Of a stretch of DNA of 64,000 bases, positions 31,645-41,036 are shown piece after piece. The stretch's first letter is position 1. The number at the start of each line of letters is the position of its first letter. The notes below the pieces were generated by a model. It was not told where the DNA came from. It worked only from the letters and a program-made list of their open reading frames with translations, and did no database searches. The stretch is from Methanotrichaceae archaeon (GTDB taxonomy: Archaea; Halobacteriota; Methanosarcinia; Methanotrichales; Methanotrichaceae), in the NCBI GenBank assembly GCA_963748825.1, contig CAVVKN010000010.1, positions 140,760 to 204,759 on the forward strand, given 5' to 3'. Both the position numbers and the translations under genes were made by a program.

Positions 31645-32706
31645 TTACTTCTTGGGCAGTTCCACGGTCATGAGCACGCGGTCTGTCTCCTCGACGAGTT
31701 GCATTTGCGAGACTCCGTAAAGCCCGGCCAGAAGGCTGGCTCCACCCATGCCCACGCCTTCTTTGACGTAACCCTTCGCATATATCTGCACGCCCGGTAT
31801 CTTAGAGTTCTCCAGCCCCGGGTCGGAGTAGTAGTAGGGCCGGCCCACAGACTCCACGATCTCCTTAAAGTTGGCCGTTTTGTCTTCCACTATATATTTA
31901 GTCGTGGCAATGGAGATGTCACCTTCGATTTTCATGGATTTTCCCAGAGCCAGCACAGCGGCCATTTGCGTTCCGCCCGCCAGTACGACTTTGCAGCCCT
32001 GCAGACCTTGCATGAGGCCAAGAGCCGCAGGCATCATGGGATCGCCGACCTGCTGCACTGCTTGCAAGGGGTCGTTCTTCAGGCTGCCAATAGTGATACC
32101 GGCCCGGCCCAGGGCCTCGGCCACCACGTTCTTCTTCAGGGAAGTGGGATTGGACTGGAAGCTGCTGCTCACATTGACATCGTAGCCCAGGGCCCAGAGA
32201 ACGGCCATAGCCGTGGTCGTGCCTCCGGCGATGGACTCACCGATGAAGACGCAGTCGGAAAGTCTGGCGACCTTCTTTCCCAGAAGGACGGCATTTTCAA
32301 AGAGGGCGCGAGCACCAGGCACGGCCGGCTCTTTACGGATGTCGCTTCCCGCCGCTCCGCCAAGCTCCGCATAGGGAATGGCCGGCTTCTTACGCAGGCC
32401 CGAGGCCACGAACAAGGAAGGTATGCCGGTCAGGTTCAGAGCAGCCTTGGTGACGATGGCGGGAGTTGGCGAGCCGCCTGGGGCCTCGGGCAGCTCGGGC
32501 ATGGTGATGATGCGGTTGGTCTCCACCAGCTCGGCATCGGCGCCAGGGGTGTAGTCGGTCAGTTCCGGCGTGGTTCCAGCGGCGGAGAGACCGGGAATCT
32601 TGCCGGTGTCTGTGTTGGAGATGATGCAGAGAAATAAAGGCCGCTGGGGCCGCGGCCCGAAATCGGGGTAGATCCAGTTTGGCATGCTTCTAGCCCAGGT
32701 CTGCAC
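31645..32706 (-). CDS. cobT: Nicotinate-nucleotide--benzimidazole phosphoribosyltransferase (archaeal-type CobT)
   Basis: IPGLSAAG, TPGADAE, PTPA, GESIAGGTTTA, GDPMM, LAGGTQM and KEGVGMGG motifs; start may be the ATG at 32685. Confidence 0.88.
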   Translation of the reverse strand: MQTWARSMPNWIYPDFGPRPQRPLFLCIISNTDTGKIPGLSAAGTTPELTDYTPGADAELVETNRIITMPELPEAPGGSPTPAIVTKAALNLTGIPSLFVASGLRKKPAIPYAELGGAAGSDIRKEPAVPGARALFENAVLLGKKVARLSDCVFIGESIAGGTTTAMAVLWALGYDVNVSSSFQSNPTSLKKNVVAEALGRAGITIGSLKNDPLQAVQQVGDPMMPAALGLMQGLQGCKVVLAGGTQMAAVLALGKSMKIEGDISIATTKYIVEDKTANFKEIVESVGRPYYYSDPGLENSKIPGVQIYAKGYVKEGVGMGGASLLAGLYGVSQMQLVEETDRVLMTVELPKK

Positions 32707-32782
32707 CTATAAGAAACCAACGCCAGTGGACTTAATTTAACTAAACTTGCTTTGACTGGCACACAAGCGGGCTTTGGCGAGA

Positions 32783-33025
32783 TAATCGTAGACTGATGAT
32801 TAAACTATGACGACTTGCGGAATTAAACCGCAGAGTCACAGAGCGCACAGAGAACGAACGCACGGGGACGACTACTATTCAGAAGCTATGCAGTTCCTTT
32901 CAGGTGCTGGTAATAAGGTAAATTTCACGTCTCTGTGAATTCTGTGCCTCTGTGGTTAGTAATCGTAGATTGACAACTAAACCCTGGTGATTACGGAATT
33001 AAACAGCAGAGCGCACGGAGGACTC
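32783..33025. repeat. CACAGAG heptamer repeat element, second locus
   Basis: CAGAG units at 32827-32877 are inverted to CTCTGTG units at 32929-32957; AATCGTAGA..CGGAATTAAAC direct repeat at 32783 and 32961; 19-mer CAGAGCGCACGGAGGACTC shared with 30490. Confidence 0.8.
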
Positions 33026-33029
33026 TATT

Positions 33030-33590
33030 ATTCTGTCGGATAGATTTTCTGGAGGGCGACGGCCAGGCCGTAACTCCGGTGGAGTACAAGCGGAGCGAAG
33101 CGCCCAAGACACAAGGCTTTTACGAGCCGCATCTGATCCAGCTTGCTGCTCAGTGCCTGGCCCTGCGGGAGATGGAGGCGGAAAAAGAGCTTGAAGGCAA
33201 GCCCGAAGAGGAAAAGATCAGAATGCTCCTCGCCTGCCGGGACGATCAGGTGCCGGTTTACGTGGTGGGCCAGGGCAAGACGGTTCGAAAGCGTGGCGAG
33301 CGGTTGGAGGTCTGGTCTTATGAAGAAGGCAAGATCAGCGAAGCCCGGATCAGGGAGATCTCCAAGATCTGCCTTTACAGAGGAGTGGAGATCACCACTC
33401 CGGCCATGGTGGAGCTGATGCAAAGGAATGTGCCGGTGCTGCACTTCTCCCACGGCGGCTGGTTTCAGGGTATTTGTCTAGGCATGAGCCACAAGAATGT
33501 TCTCTTGCGCATCAAGCAGTTCCAGGGGCAGGAGATGAGGAGAAGTCGCTATCCATTGCCAGAAAGATCGTATCCGGAAATTCAAATCTA
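33030..33590 (+). pseudogene. cas1: cas4-cas1 fusion remnant (type I-G/I-U-like), internally deleted and frameshifted
   Basis: Cas4 part CRIDFLE..PVEYKR..QLAAQCLALRE is joined directly to a Cas1 N-terminus PVYVVGQG..RKRGERL..ITTPAMVELM..HFSHGGWFQG..KNVLLRIKQF; the shifted frame continues SLSIARKIVSG. Confidence 0.85.
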
Positions 33591-33593
33591 TTT

Positions 33594-36566
33594 TTACCTA
33601 ACTTCTGCTAGTCGCTCCTCATATCGCCCTGCGGCAGGGAACACTCTTCCCAGAGCGCTGGCCAACTCTTCCAGGCGCACGGGCTTGCTGATGTAGTCAT
33701 CCATTCCTGCCTCGATGCATCTTTTCCTGTCGCCCTCTAAAGCGTGCGCAGTGACTGCGATTATGTGAGGCGATCCATTCGGCCAGCGTTCGCGAATGGC
33801 CTTTGCCGCATCAAAGCCGTCCATCTCTGGCATTTGCACATCCATCAGGACCACGTCATAGTTCTGGCGTTCCAAAGCCTGCAAGACCTCTCTGCCGTTG
33901 GCTGCCACATCCGCTCTGATCCCCAGCTTCCTGAGCATGAGCAGGGCAACCTTCTGATTTACCAGATTATCCTCTGCAATCAGCAGCTTCAAATGGCCAG
34001 GAATATCTTGCTGCAAATCGACCATATTGGGCTTCTTTTTCATCTCCAAACATTGCTCTGGTGTCGCTTCATCAGCCAGAATTGTGAAGCCAAATGTGCT
34101 TCCCCTGCAAATTTCGCTTTGCGCCCAAATGGTCCCGCCCATAAGCTGCACCAGCTTTTTGCTGATGGCTAGACCCAAACCCGTTCCGCCATATTTGCGA
34201 GTGGTAGACATATCCACCTGGCTAAAGGACTGGAAGAGGCTGCTCATGCGATCCTGGGGAATGCCGATCCCCGTATCTCTGACCGAGAAGAACAGCTTAG
34301 TCTTTCCATTCTCCTGGCCGTCGCCCGAGACATGTACCGATACCTCTCCACGGTCTGTAAACTTGATTGCATTGCCGAGGAGGTTTATTAAGACCTGGGA
34401 AATGCTGGTGGCGTCTCCCTGCAGCCTCTTCGGAATGCAGTCATCAATATGATAATAAAAATGGATATACTTCTTCGCAGCAATGGGCTTGAGCAAGTCC
34501 ATGGCATCTTCAATGCATTTGCTTAGTTCGAAGGGCTGCTTTTCTATCTCCCTCTTGCCTTCTTCGATCTTGGAGAAGTCCAAGATATTGTTGATAACGG
34601 ATACGAGGATATCACCGCTGCTACGCACCGTCTCCAGGCAATCTTTTTGATCTGGCAGAAGAGGAGTATCGAGAAGTATTCCCGTCATGCCTATGATGGC
34701 GTTGAGGGGAGTCCTGATCTCATGGCTCATATTAGCCAAAAATTCGGATTTGGCGCGAGCAGCGGCTTCTGCATCCTCTTTGGCCTTGCGAAGAGCCTCT
34801 TGTGCCTTTTTGCTATCGGTAATATCCCGTACCAATAGTAAAAACGTGTCCTCTCCGCCAGGGTTGATGCGCGCCTCAAAGAATGACATCTTGCCATCTA
34901 TAATGAGCGCATACTCGAAGATCTGCATCTTTCTGGTTTTTTTGGCCTGATTCACATGATAAAGAGCCTGGTCAACCATATCCTCCGGTAGAAGATCCTG
35001 CATTTTCTTGCCCAGAAATGACTGAGGAGGCAAGTAGAGTGGTGATGTCTCCTGCACATTATAGTCCAAAAAGGTGCCGTCCTCGGCGATCAGGAACATC
35101 ATATCGGGAATTGCATCCAGAAGAGATCTATTCTTAGCCTCGTTTTTTTTCAGCTCCATTTGAGCCCTCATGCGCTCTGTTATATTGCGCACGGATTCAA
35201 TGGCACCGGTGACATTGCCTTCAGAATCGTAAAGTGCCGTTGCACTTCCCTGCAAAAAGGCCTCGCCCCCCCTCATATTGGGCATAAAGCCCTCCCAAAA
35301 GATATGGCCGTCTTCCTGTCTCATCATTTTATCGTAAAATTCATTCGAAATCCAATATCTTCTGCCCCACTCGTCATATTCATCCGGTGATTCCTTATTA
35401 TATTCAAGCACGATATCGGCAAGCGTCGGCCGGCGTTTGCCATAAAAAGGAAGCGCATACTCATAATGGCCTTTTCCCAGCATATCTTTGGCAATAATAC
35501 CGGTCATCGCCTCGATAGCCCGATTCCAGGCTATGACTGTGCCCTGTCTGTTAATAACAAAGGTGGCGTCTGGCAGGAAATTGATAATATCCGCCAGGCG
35601 GCGTTCGGAGTCTTTTAGCGCATCTTCAGCTTCTTTTCGATCAGTTATGTCTCGTATGGATTCAATAGCTCCAATTAATTCTCCCTCGTTATCCCGAAGA
35701 GGGGATGCTGTAGCCCAGACATAAGTTCTCTGGCCGGCCAATAAAAAAGGTGCCACCGATTCGGCATAGAGGGTATCCCCTTTCTTTTCCACATAACGGT
35801 ATTGAGACCTGGTCTCTGGATTGTCGCCATATATCAGGTCGACCAGAATAGGCCGTTGCTCTCCATAAAAGGGAACGCTGTATGCATAGTCGCCCTTTCC
35901 TATTATCTCCTGTTTTTTGATGCCGGTCATTTCCTCTATGGCCCGGTTCCAGGCAATCACTTTCCTGCTCTTATCTATGACGAAGGTGGCATCAGGCAGA
36001 AAGTCAATTATGTCCATAAGCTGGCGGCGGGTGAGATTCGCCACCTCATCCGAACTAAAGCTCTTTTTTGCTTCTTCGCATATAAGCTGATTTCCCCCAT
36101 TTTCCTGCTGGACAGCTGCAAATCGTATGGTCTTTTTCGTCCCATCCTTGCAGGTTACCGTAAAGGTCCGGCACCTCTTGGCGCCAGCTCCAATTTCATT
36201 TTTATCTTTGATCCAGGCTGCTATGGCAGCATTTCGATAATCTGGGTCAGGAAAGGCTCTCTTAAACCATTCTCTTCCGCACGAAATCTCTTCTAGATCA
36301 TAACCAAAAATCTCGATAAATTTAGGATTTATGCTGCAGAATGTCCCGTCTTTTTCAATGATGGCAATAGCTAAAGGAGCGTTTTCGATAATGCTGGTGA
36401 TGTTTCTGCTTCTATCCTCCAGCTCTTCCAGGCCGACTATAAGACGCTCTACCGTCTCTGAAACGGCCCGGCAAGTCGGGCAGGTCTCTGCGATTTTACT
36501 GCCAAGCTCATCTAATGTGAGGCTGATCTCATTTATCTTATCGCTAAAATAGCTGCCCATAACCAA
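33594..36566 (-). CDS. Multi-PAS hybrid sensor histidine kinase with C-terminal receiver
   Basis: Four PAS-type repeats; [15 protein letters not shown]-box; NAIKFT; DTGIG; GGTGLGL; receiver LMDVQMP..KP. Confidence 0.95.
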   Translation of the reverse strand: MVMGSYFSDKINEISLTLDELGSKIAETCPTCRAVSETVERLIVGLEELEDRSRNITSIIENAPLAIAIIEKDGTFCSINPKFIEIFGYDLEEISCGREWFKRAFPDPDYRNAAIAAWIKDKNEIGAGAKRCRTFTVTCKDGTKKTIRFAAVQQENGGNQLICEEAKKSFSSDEVANLTRRQLMDIIDFLPDATFVIDKSRKVIAWNRAIEEMTGIKKQEIIGKGDYAYSVPFYGEQRPILVDLIYGDNPETRSQYRYVEKKGDTLYAESVAPFLLAGQRTYVWATASPLRDNEGELIGAIESIRDITDRKEAEDALKDSERRLADIINFLPDATFVINRQGTVIAWNRAIEAMTGIIAKDMLGKGHYEYALPFYGKRRPTLADIVLEYNKESPDEYDEWGRRYWISNEFYDKMMRQEDGHIFWEGFMPNMRGGEAFLQGSATALYDSEGNVTGAIESVRNITERMRAQMELKKNEAKNRSLLDAIPDMMFLIAEDGTFLDYNVQETSPLYLPPQSFLGKKMQDLLPEDMVDQALYHVNQAKKTRKMQIFEYALIIDGKMSFFEARINPGGEDTFLLLVRDITDSKKAQEALRKAKEDAEAAARAKSEFLANMSHEIRTPLNAIIGMTGILLDTPLLPDQKDCLETVRSSGDILVSVINNILDFSKIEEGKREIEKQPFELSKCIEDAMDLLKPIAAKKYIHFYYHIDDCIPKRLQGDATSISQVLINLLGNAIKFTDRGEVSVHVSGDGQENGKTKLFFSVRDTGIGIPQDRMSSLFQSFSQVDMSTTRKYGGTGLGLAISKKLVQLMGGTIWAQSEICRGSTFGFTILADEATPEQCLEMKKKPNMVDLQQDIPGHLKLLIAEDNLVNQKVALLMLRKLGIRADVAANGREVLQALERQNYDVVLMDVQMPEMDGFDAAKAIRERWPNGSPHIIAVTAHALEGDRKRCIEAGMDDYISKPVRLEELASALGRVFPAAGRYEERLAEVR

Positions 36567-36750
36567 GACACCAGGTTAGAATCGACCTTAAGCATTCTCA
36601 TTAATATTCATTTCGATGTGCATGATATTAGCAGAAAAAATTGTGAGAACGTTCTGTTTCCATACAGCAAGCAAATCTTCCAGCATCAATTGACAGCAGA
36701 TGCAGGAAAAAGATTTGCTGTTCGTGTATATTTCAACTTCCCAAAAAATT

Positions 36751-37628
36751 GGTAGTGTACCTTAAATAAGTTTATATGTCTTCATCGCATAATTTAACCG
36801 GGGAAAGCAATGAAGGCAGATCGATTAGCTTTAGCAGGTTCGTTTTGTTGGAATAGAGGCTGTACAAGCTATGGCAAAGTGGATCACGGAAACATTGTCC
36901 GATACGGTCGTACTGCCAAAGGCACGCAGCGTTTGAAATGCAAAATATGTGGCAGTGTTTTTGTAGGTAATAAAGGGACTATATTTTATGGTCTGCATCA
37001 TAGCCCAAAAGAGATCCTAGAATGCTTGTCTCTGCTTGCTGAAAGGAACAGTCTGGCAGCCATCCATAGAACTAAAGGAATAAAAGAGGAAACCGTTATG
37101 GATTGGCTCCATAAAGCAGCAAACCATGCTGAGGAGATCGAAGCGTTATTGCTTGCCAATCACCATCTGACTCGTGTTCAGCTTGATGCCATGTGGACCT
37201 ATGTAGGTCACGAAGGGGAAAAAGCAACCATTCCGAGGAGCCCGATCGAGGTACATTCTGGCGGGGTACTGCTATAGATATTGATACGAGGTTGAGGGTT
37301 GCACGTGCAATAGGAAAGAATGAGGAAGAAGTCGCAGTGGTTATGATGTCGCAAATAAAAGATCGCTACAACCCCATTGAACCTCCCGCGATATCAAGCG
37401 ACGGAAATGATAGTTATCCTGAAGCAATGCTTGAGATCTGGGGTAAGTTGCCCGAATACAATGGTCGAGGAAGACCTCCTACTCACAAACAACCGCAACC
37501 TGGATGGAAATGCCTTCAAGTGACCAAGCATCGTTCTGGCAGAAGGTTGGTTGGCGTCACTCACAAAGTGGCCTACGTGATGATGTTAGTTGTTTCTGAA
37601 AGGAACAACGCATAATGGGGAGACTACC
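36751..37628 (+). mobile_element. IS1-family insertion sequence (InsA-like 36810-37277 plus InsB-like to 37615), probably truncated
   Basis: Ends GGTAGTGTACC / GGGAGACTACC; Zn finger C-N-C..QRLKCKICG; HTH; QLDAMWTYVG; GGGGAAAAAG slippery site; SDG second Asp; C-terminus short. Confidence 0.8.
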
Positions 37629-37662
37629 TAACATCATTCATTCGATAAAAATTCCAATATTC

Positions 37663-38667
37663 TCAATCAGATTTGTGAACCTGAAAGTCAATGACCACAT
37701 TGCTTCTGTGGGGTGCATAACTTCTTACTATCTCTTTGTAGAGCACTTCCCCTTCGGCACCTATCTCCTCAGCCGCCTTTCTTAACAGAGCCTCATCCCT
37801 GTAAAGATCATCTTCTGGAGCTATGCAGTAGTAATGGATGATTCCCTCCGGCTTTGCCGCCCTCATGGCAGGAATTAAGAATGCAGATGCGCTGTGGGGA
37901 AGGTTCATGATCACATGATCTGCTCGGTTCTCGTAGCGCAGGGCCAGCTCTGCAGCATCGCCTTCCAGGATCTCGATGCGCTTTATTTTATTCAAGAGCG
38001 CATTCTCTCTCAGGTATTTCACAGCGACGGGATTCTTGTCCATGGCGATGACGTTTGCCCCCTTTTTTGCCAGAAGCAGGGCGAACGGCCCCACACCTGC
38101 GAACATATCGAGAACGACGTCACCAGATCGAACCAGGCTGGCGATTCTTAGCCTTTCTGTGCCCAGGCGAGGAGTGAAATATGCCCCTTCCAAGTCTACC
38201 CGGTAGCGCAGGCCGTGCTCCTTGTGGAGGGTGACGGTTCGAATCTCTCCGGCCACATGCCGGAAGCGGCGGGTGCGAAATTCCCCTTCTACGTCAGAGA
38301 TGGGAGCAATGACCGTTTTTATGCTCTTGCTGGTGGACATGAGGGCGGCGGCCACGCGCTCTGCATCACTGTCCTCTATCATGGCAATGTCGCCCACCAC
38401 CTCGAAGCTGGGCCGAAAGCCCAAAAGATCCTCCGGGCTTGGCACGCACTCTTCCTGCTGGAAATTGATATGCACCAGTTCAAACTCTGCAATGCTGCCG
38501 ACCATAGCGGCTGACTTTTCATCCATCTCCAAAACCGGCAGATAGACATGGGATTCATCCGAGCAAATCTTGCGGGTGCGATCGAATGTGCCCATCTCCA
38601 CCAGAGCCTTGCGAATTTTCTCTCCACTTTTTCGGCTAACCTTCAAACCCAGGGATTTATCCAGCAT
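37663..38667 (-). CDS. trm5: Trm5-family tRNA methyltransferase (class I SAM)
   Basis: VVGDIA, YFTPRLGTER, DMFAGVGPF and IMNLP motifs. Confidence 0.85.
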   Translation of the reverse strand: MLDKSLGLKVSRKSGEKIRKALVEMGTFDRTRKICSDESHVYLPVLEMDEKSAAMVGSIAEFELVHINFQQEECVPSPEDLLGFRPSFEVVGDIAMIEDSDAERVAAALMSTSKSIKTVIAPISDVEGEFRTRRFRHVAGEIRTVTLHKEHGLRYRVDLEGAYFTPRLGTERLRIASLVRSGDVVLDMFAGVGPFALLLAKKGANVIAMDKNPVAVKYLRENALLNKIKRIEILEGDAAELALRYENRADHVIMNLPHSASAFLIPAMRAAKPEGIIHYYCIAPEDDLYRDEALLRKAAEEIGAEGEVLYKEIVRSYAPHRSNVVIDFQVHKSD

Positions 38668-38865
38668 CTTGGGGGACTATAGGATGCCATCTATTAAATA
38701 TGCCTGTCAGGGAGGTCTATGTGCGTCTTGGCTGGTTATGCGCGCATCTATCAGGCAGTCTGCTTTCAATTCTCAGTTGCCAAATTGCAGATAGCCAAAA
38801 TTGCGGATAGAATAGCGGATGCCAGAAATAGCTTTATCTCTGATCGGGTCCTGGACAAAATCATT

Positions 38866-39138
38866 ATGCTAAAGCGCAATAATGGCAGCAAGGCAATATC
38901 GGCATCCGAGATCTCGCAATATGTCTACTGCCCAGTCTCATGGTACCTGAAAAGATGCGGAGTGCAGCCGCAATCATACGGCCTGAAGAGAGGAATCGAT
39001 GCGCATGAAAAAGCGGGAAGCAGGCTGGTCCTTCTAGAGAGACGGGAGAGGGCGGCCGGAGTATTCCGATTGATGGGCTATTTCTCTGTGGTTGCTGCAA
39101 TTTTGCTCATGGGATGGGTTTTATGGACTTATTTTTAA
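38866..39138 (+). CDS. Cas4-like nuclease N-terminal half with C-terminal TM helix
   Basis: ISASEISQYVYCPVSWYL...RGIDAH (Cas4 N-terminal Cys motif), then hydrophobic YFSVVAAILLMGWVLWTYF. Confidence 0.75.
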   Translation: MLKRNNGSKAISASEISQYVYCPVSWYLKRCGVQPQSYGLKRGIDAHEKAGSRLVLLERRERAAGVFRLMGYFSVVAAILLMGWVLWTYF

Positions 39139-39668
39139 TTTTATTTTCCTTAGTTTTGGTTCTCTTGATTTTAGCCGTTGCTTTCCAATTGCTGTCAAAG
39201 AGAGAGTCGTCATCGGCAAAAACCATGCGCATGGTTTATGGAATTCCTGCGGGAAAGGTGATCTACTCTGATCTGGACCGCCCAGGAAAGGCCCTGTATT
39301 CCAAGAGCCTCGGCATCAGCGGCAAGCCGGATTACATAGTCAAAGGCAGAGGTCGCAGCTTGATTCCCGTGGAAATTAAGAGCGGACGAGCCCAAGAGCC
39401 CCATAGAAACCACGTCATGCAATTGGCGGCATACTGCTATCTGGTAGAAGAGAACTACCACAGGTCGGTTCCCTATGGGATAATTGTATATTCCGATGCA
39501 AAACAGCATAGAATCAATTTCGATAAATACCTGAGATCCGATTTGCTGGCAACGGTAGACGAGATGAAGAGGGCTTTAGGGCATGATTGTCCCAAGAGAA
39601 CGCATAACTATAAACAAAAATGCCGCCACTGTTCATTTAGCGGCAGCTGCAAGAACAGTCTGGTGTAG
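39123..39668 (+). CDS. Cas4-like PD-(D/E)xK nuclease C-terminal half with N-terminal TM helix
   Basis: TM LFLILFSLVLVLLILAVAFQLL; GISGKPDYIV, PVEIKS, QLAAY and CRHCSFSGSC motifs. Confidence 0.85.
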   Translation: MDLFLILFSLVLVLLILAVAFQLLSKRESSSAKTMRMVYGIPAGKVIYSDLDRPGKALYSKSLGISGKPDYIVKGRGRSLIPVEIKSGRAQEPHRNHVMQLAAYCYLVEENYHRSVPYGIIVYSDAKQHRINFDKYLRSDLLATVDEMKRALGHDCPKRTHNYKQKCRHCSFSGSCKNSLV

Positions 39669-39696
39669 TGATGAGGCATTCTAACATTTGATATAT

Positions 39697-39737
39697 TGAA
39701 ACGGCGGCGTACCCGCGCAGCAAGCAACAAAGAGGTT
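39697..39737 (+). repeat. REP-like repeat copy 2 (degenerate)
   Basis: tgaaacggcggcgtacccgcgcagcaagc. Confidence 0.6.
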
Positions 39738-39759
39738 GATACCGGTAAATTTCAATTTA

Positions 39760-40006
39760 GCGCGCTCGATAGCCTGTGTAGACTCTCCTATCTTGTATAG
39801 TACCTTGCTCATATTGAAGAGAATATTTCCTTCAGCCTTTTTATCGGCGCAATTACTACGACCTGCTCATCCATCTCGATAGCCTTGCGAGTATCGCCTG
39901 ATTCTAGGTAGATTCGGCTTAGGGCAACTAAATGGGCTAATTGGCTCTGTTTATCTCCAAGTTCTTGGGTTAATGATAAAGCCCTTTCTAAAGATTTGAT
40001 AGCCAT
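39760..40006 (-). pseudogene. TPR-repeat fragment
   Basis: AIKSLERALSLTQELGDKQSQLAHLVALSRIY..GD..KAIE; broken frame. Confidence 0.55.
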
Positions 40007-40208
40007 AGCTACCTGGCTTTGTTCGCCCTGGATTTTAATGAATTGATCAGAATGTAATAAAACAGGCGGGTGTAAAGTTGTAGCCTCGGGAAGTTATCGT
40101 ATTCGCGCCATTCTCTTTCATCAACCTTATGCATATATCGCTTCGTGGTTATTATGTTGTTGTGCAGCACCATTGTATTTAAAATAAATATGTGTATTGA
40201 CCTCACTA

Positions 40209-40997
40209 TTAATATATATTTTTCATCATTTTTAAGTTAATCCTGGCAGTCGAGTCCAGCGTGAGCGGAGTCAGGGAGATCTTCCTGTCCTGGTAGATAG
40301 TCTGCACATCGGTGCCCTCTGCATCACAGCAGATCAGATCGCCATCTATCCAGTAGTAGGGCCTTCCTCTCGGATCAAAGCGCTCCTGCACAGTGGTCTT
40401 GAAGATCTTGCGAGCCAGCCTGGTGACGACAATCTCCGTATCCTCTGTGGCATCGGCCGGCACATTCAGATTCAAAACATCCACTCCCTCAGGAAGGCCG
40501 TGCTCCAGCACCTTGGTGGCCACGCGGCGCAGCACTTTCGTGGCTATGTCAAAATTGTGCTTCTCGCCGTGGTGCATATCGAATTTGTCGCCCTGGTCTA
40601 CAACCTGAATCGATGCGGCGATGGAGGGAATGCCGTAGCTGGCAGCCTCCAGTGCTGCGCCGATGGTCCCGCTTGTGGTGACCGTGTCGGTGCTGATGTT
40701 CTCGCCCACATTGATTCCCGAGACGACAAGGTCGGGAAGCTCGCCCTTCATGATGGCGAAGATGCCGATAATGACGGAATCGACGGGCGTTCCCGTGACG
40801 GCATAGGCATGAAAACCATTCAGGTTTACTTCTGCGTAGCGCAGCGGCTCAAAGACAGAAACGGATCTTCCTACGCCGCTCATCTGCCCGGAGGGCGCAG
40901 CTACTACTACCTGGCCCAGGCCCTGCACGCTTCTAGCGGCAGCCTGCAGCCCAGAGGCGTAAACGCCGTCGTCATTGCTGACCAGTATGCGATGCAT
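40209..40997 (-). CDS. surE: 5'/3'-nucleotidase SurE
   Basis: ILVSNDDG, GTPVD, SGINVGEN and SGTIGAA motifs. Confidence 0.95.
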   Translation of the reverse strand: MHRILVSNDDGVYASGLQAAARSVQGLGQVVVAAPSGQMSGVGRSVSVFEPLRYAEVNLNGFHAYAVTGTPVDSVIIGIFAIMKGELPDLVVSGINVGENISTDTVTTSGTIGAALEAASYGIPSIAASIQVVDQGDKFDMHHGEKHNFDIATKVLRRVATKVLEHGLPEGVDVLNLNVPADATEDTEIVVTRLARKIFKTTVQERFDPRGRPYYWIDGDLICCDAEGTDVQTIYQDRKISLTPLTLDSTARINLKMMKNIY

Positions 40998-41036
40998 CGC
41001 TACAGTCCTAAGTTGCCTTAGATATTAAAACATCTG

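Noticed and set aside
32707-32782. Cobalamin riboswitch upstream of cobT
   Set aside because: No B12-box or GGGAA core recognised; the region is short and looks like a TATA promoter with a small inverted repeat.
32760-33030. Possible CRISPR array next to the cas4-cas1 relic
   Set aside because: The repeats are short heptamers in inverted pairs with no regular repeat-spacer periodicity; no array was seen anywhere in the window.
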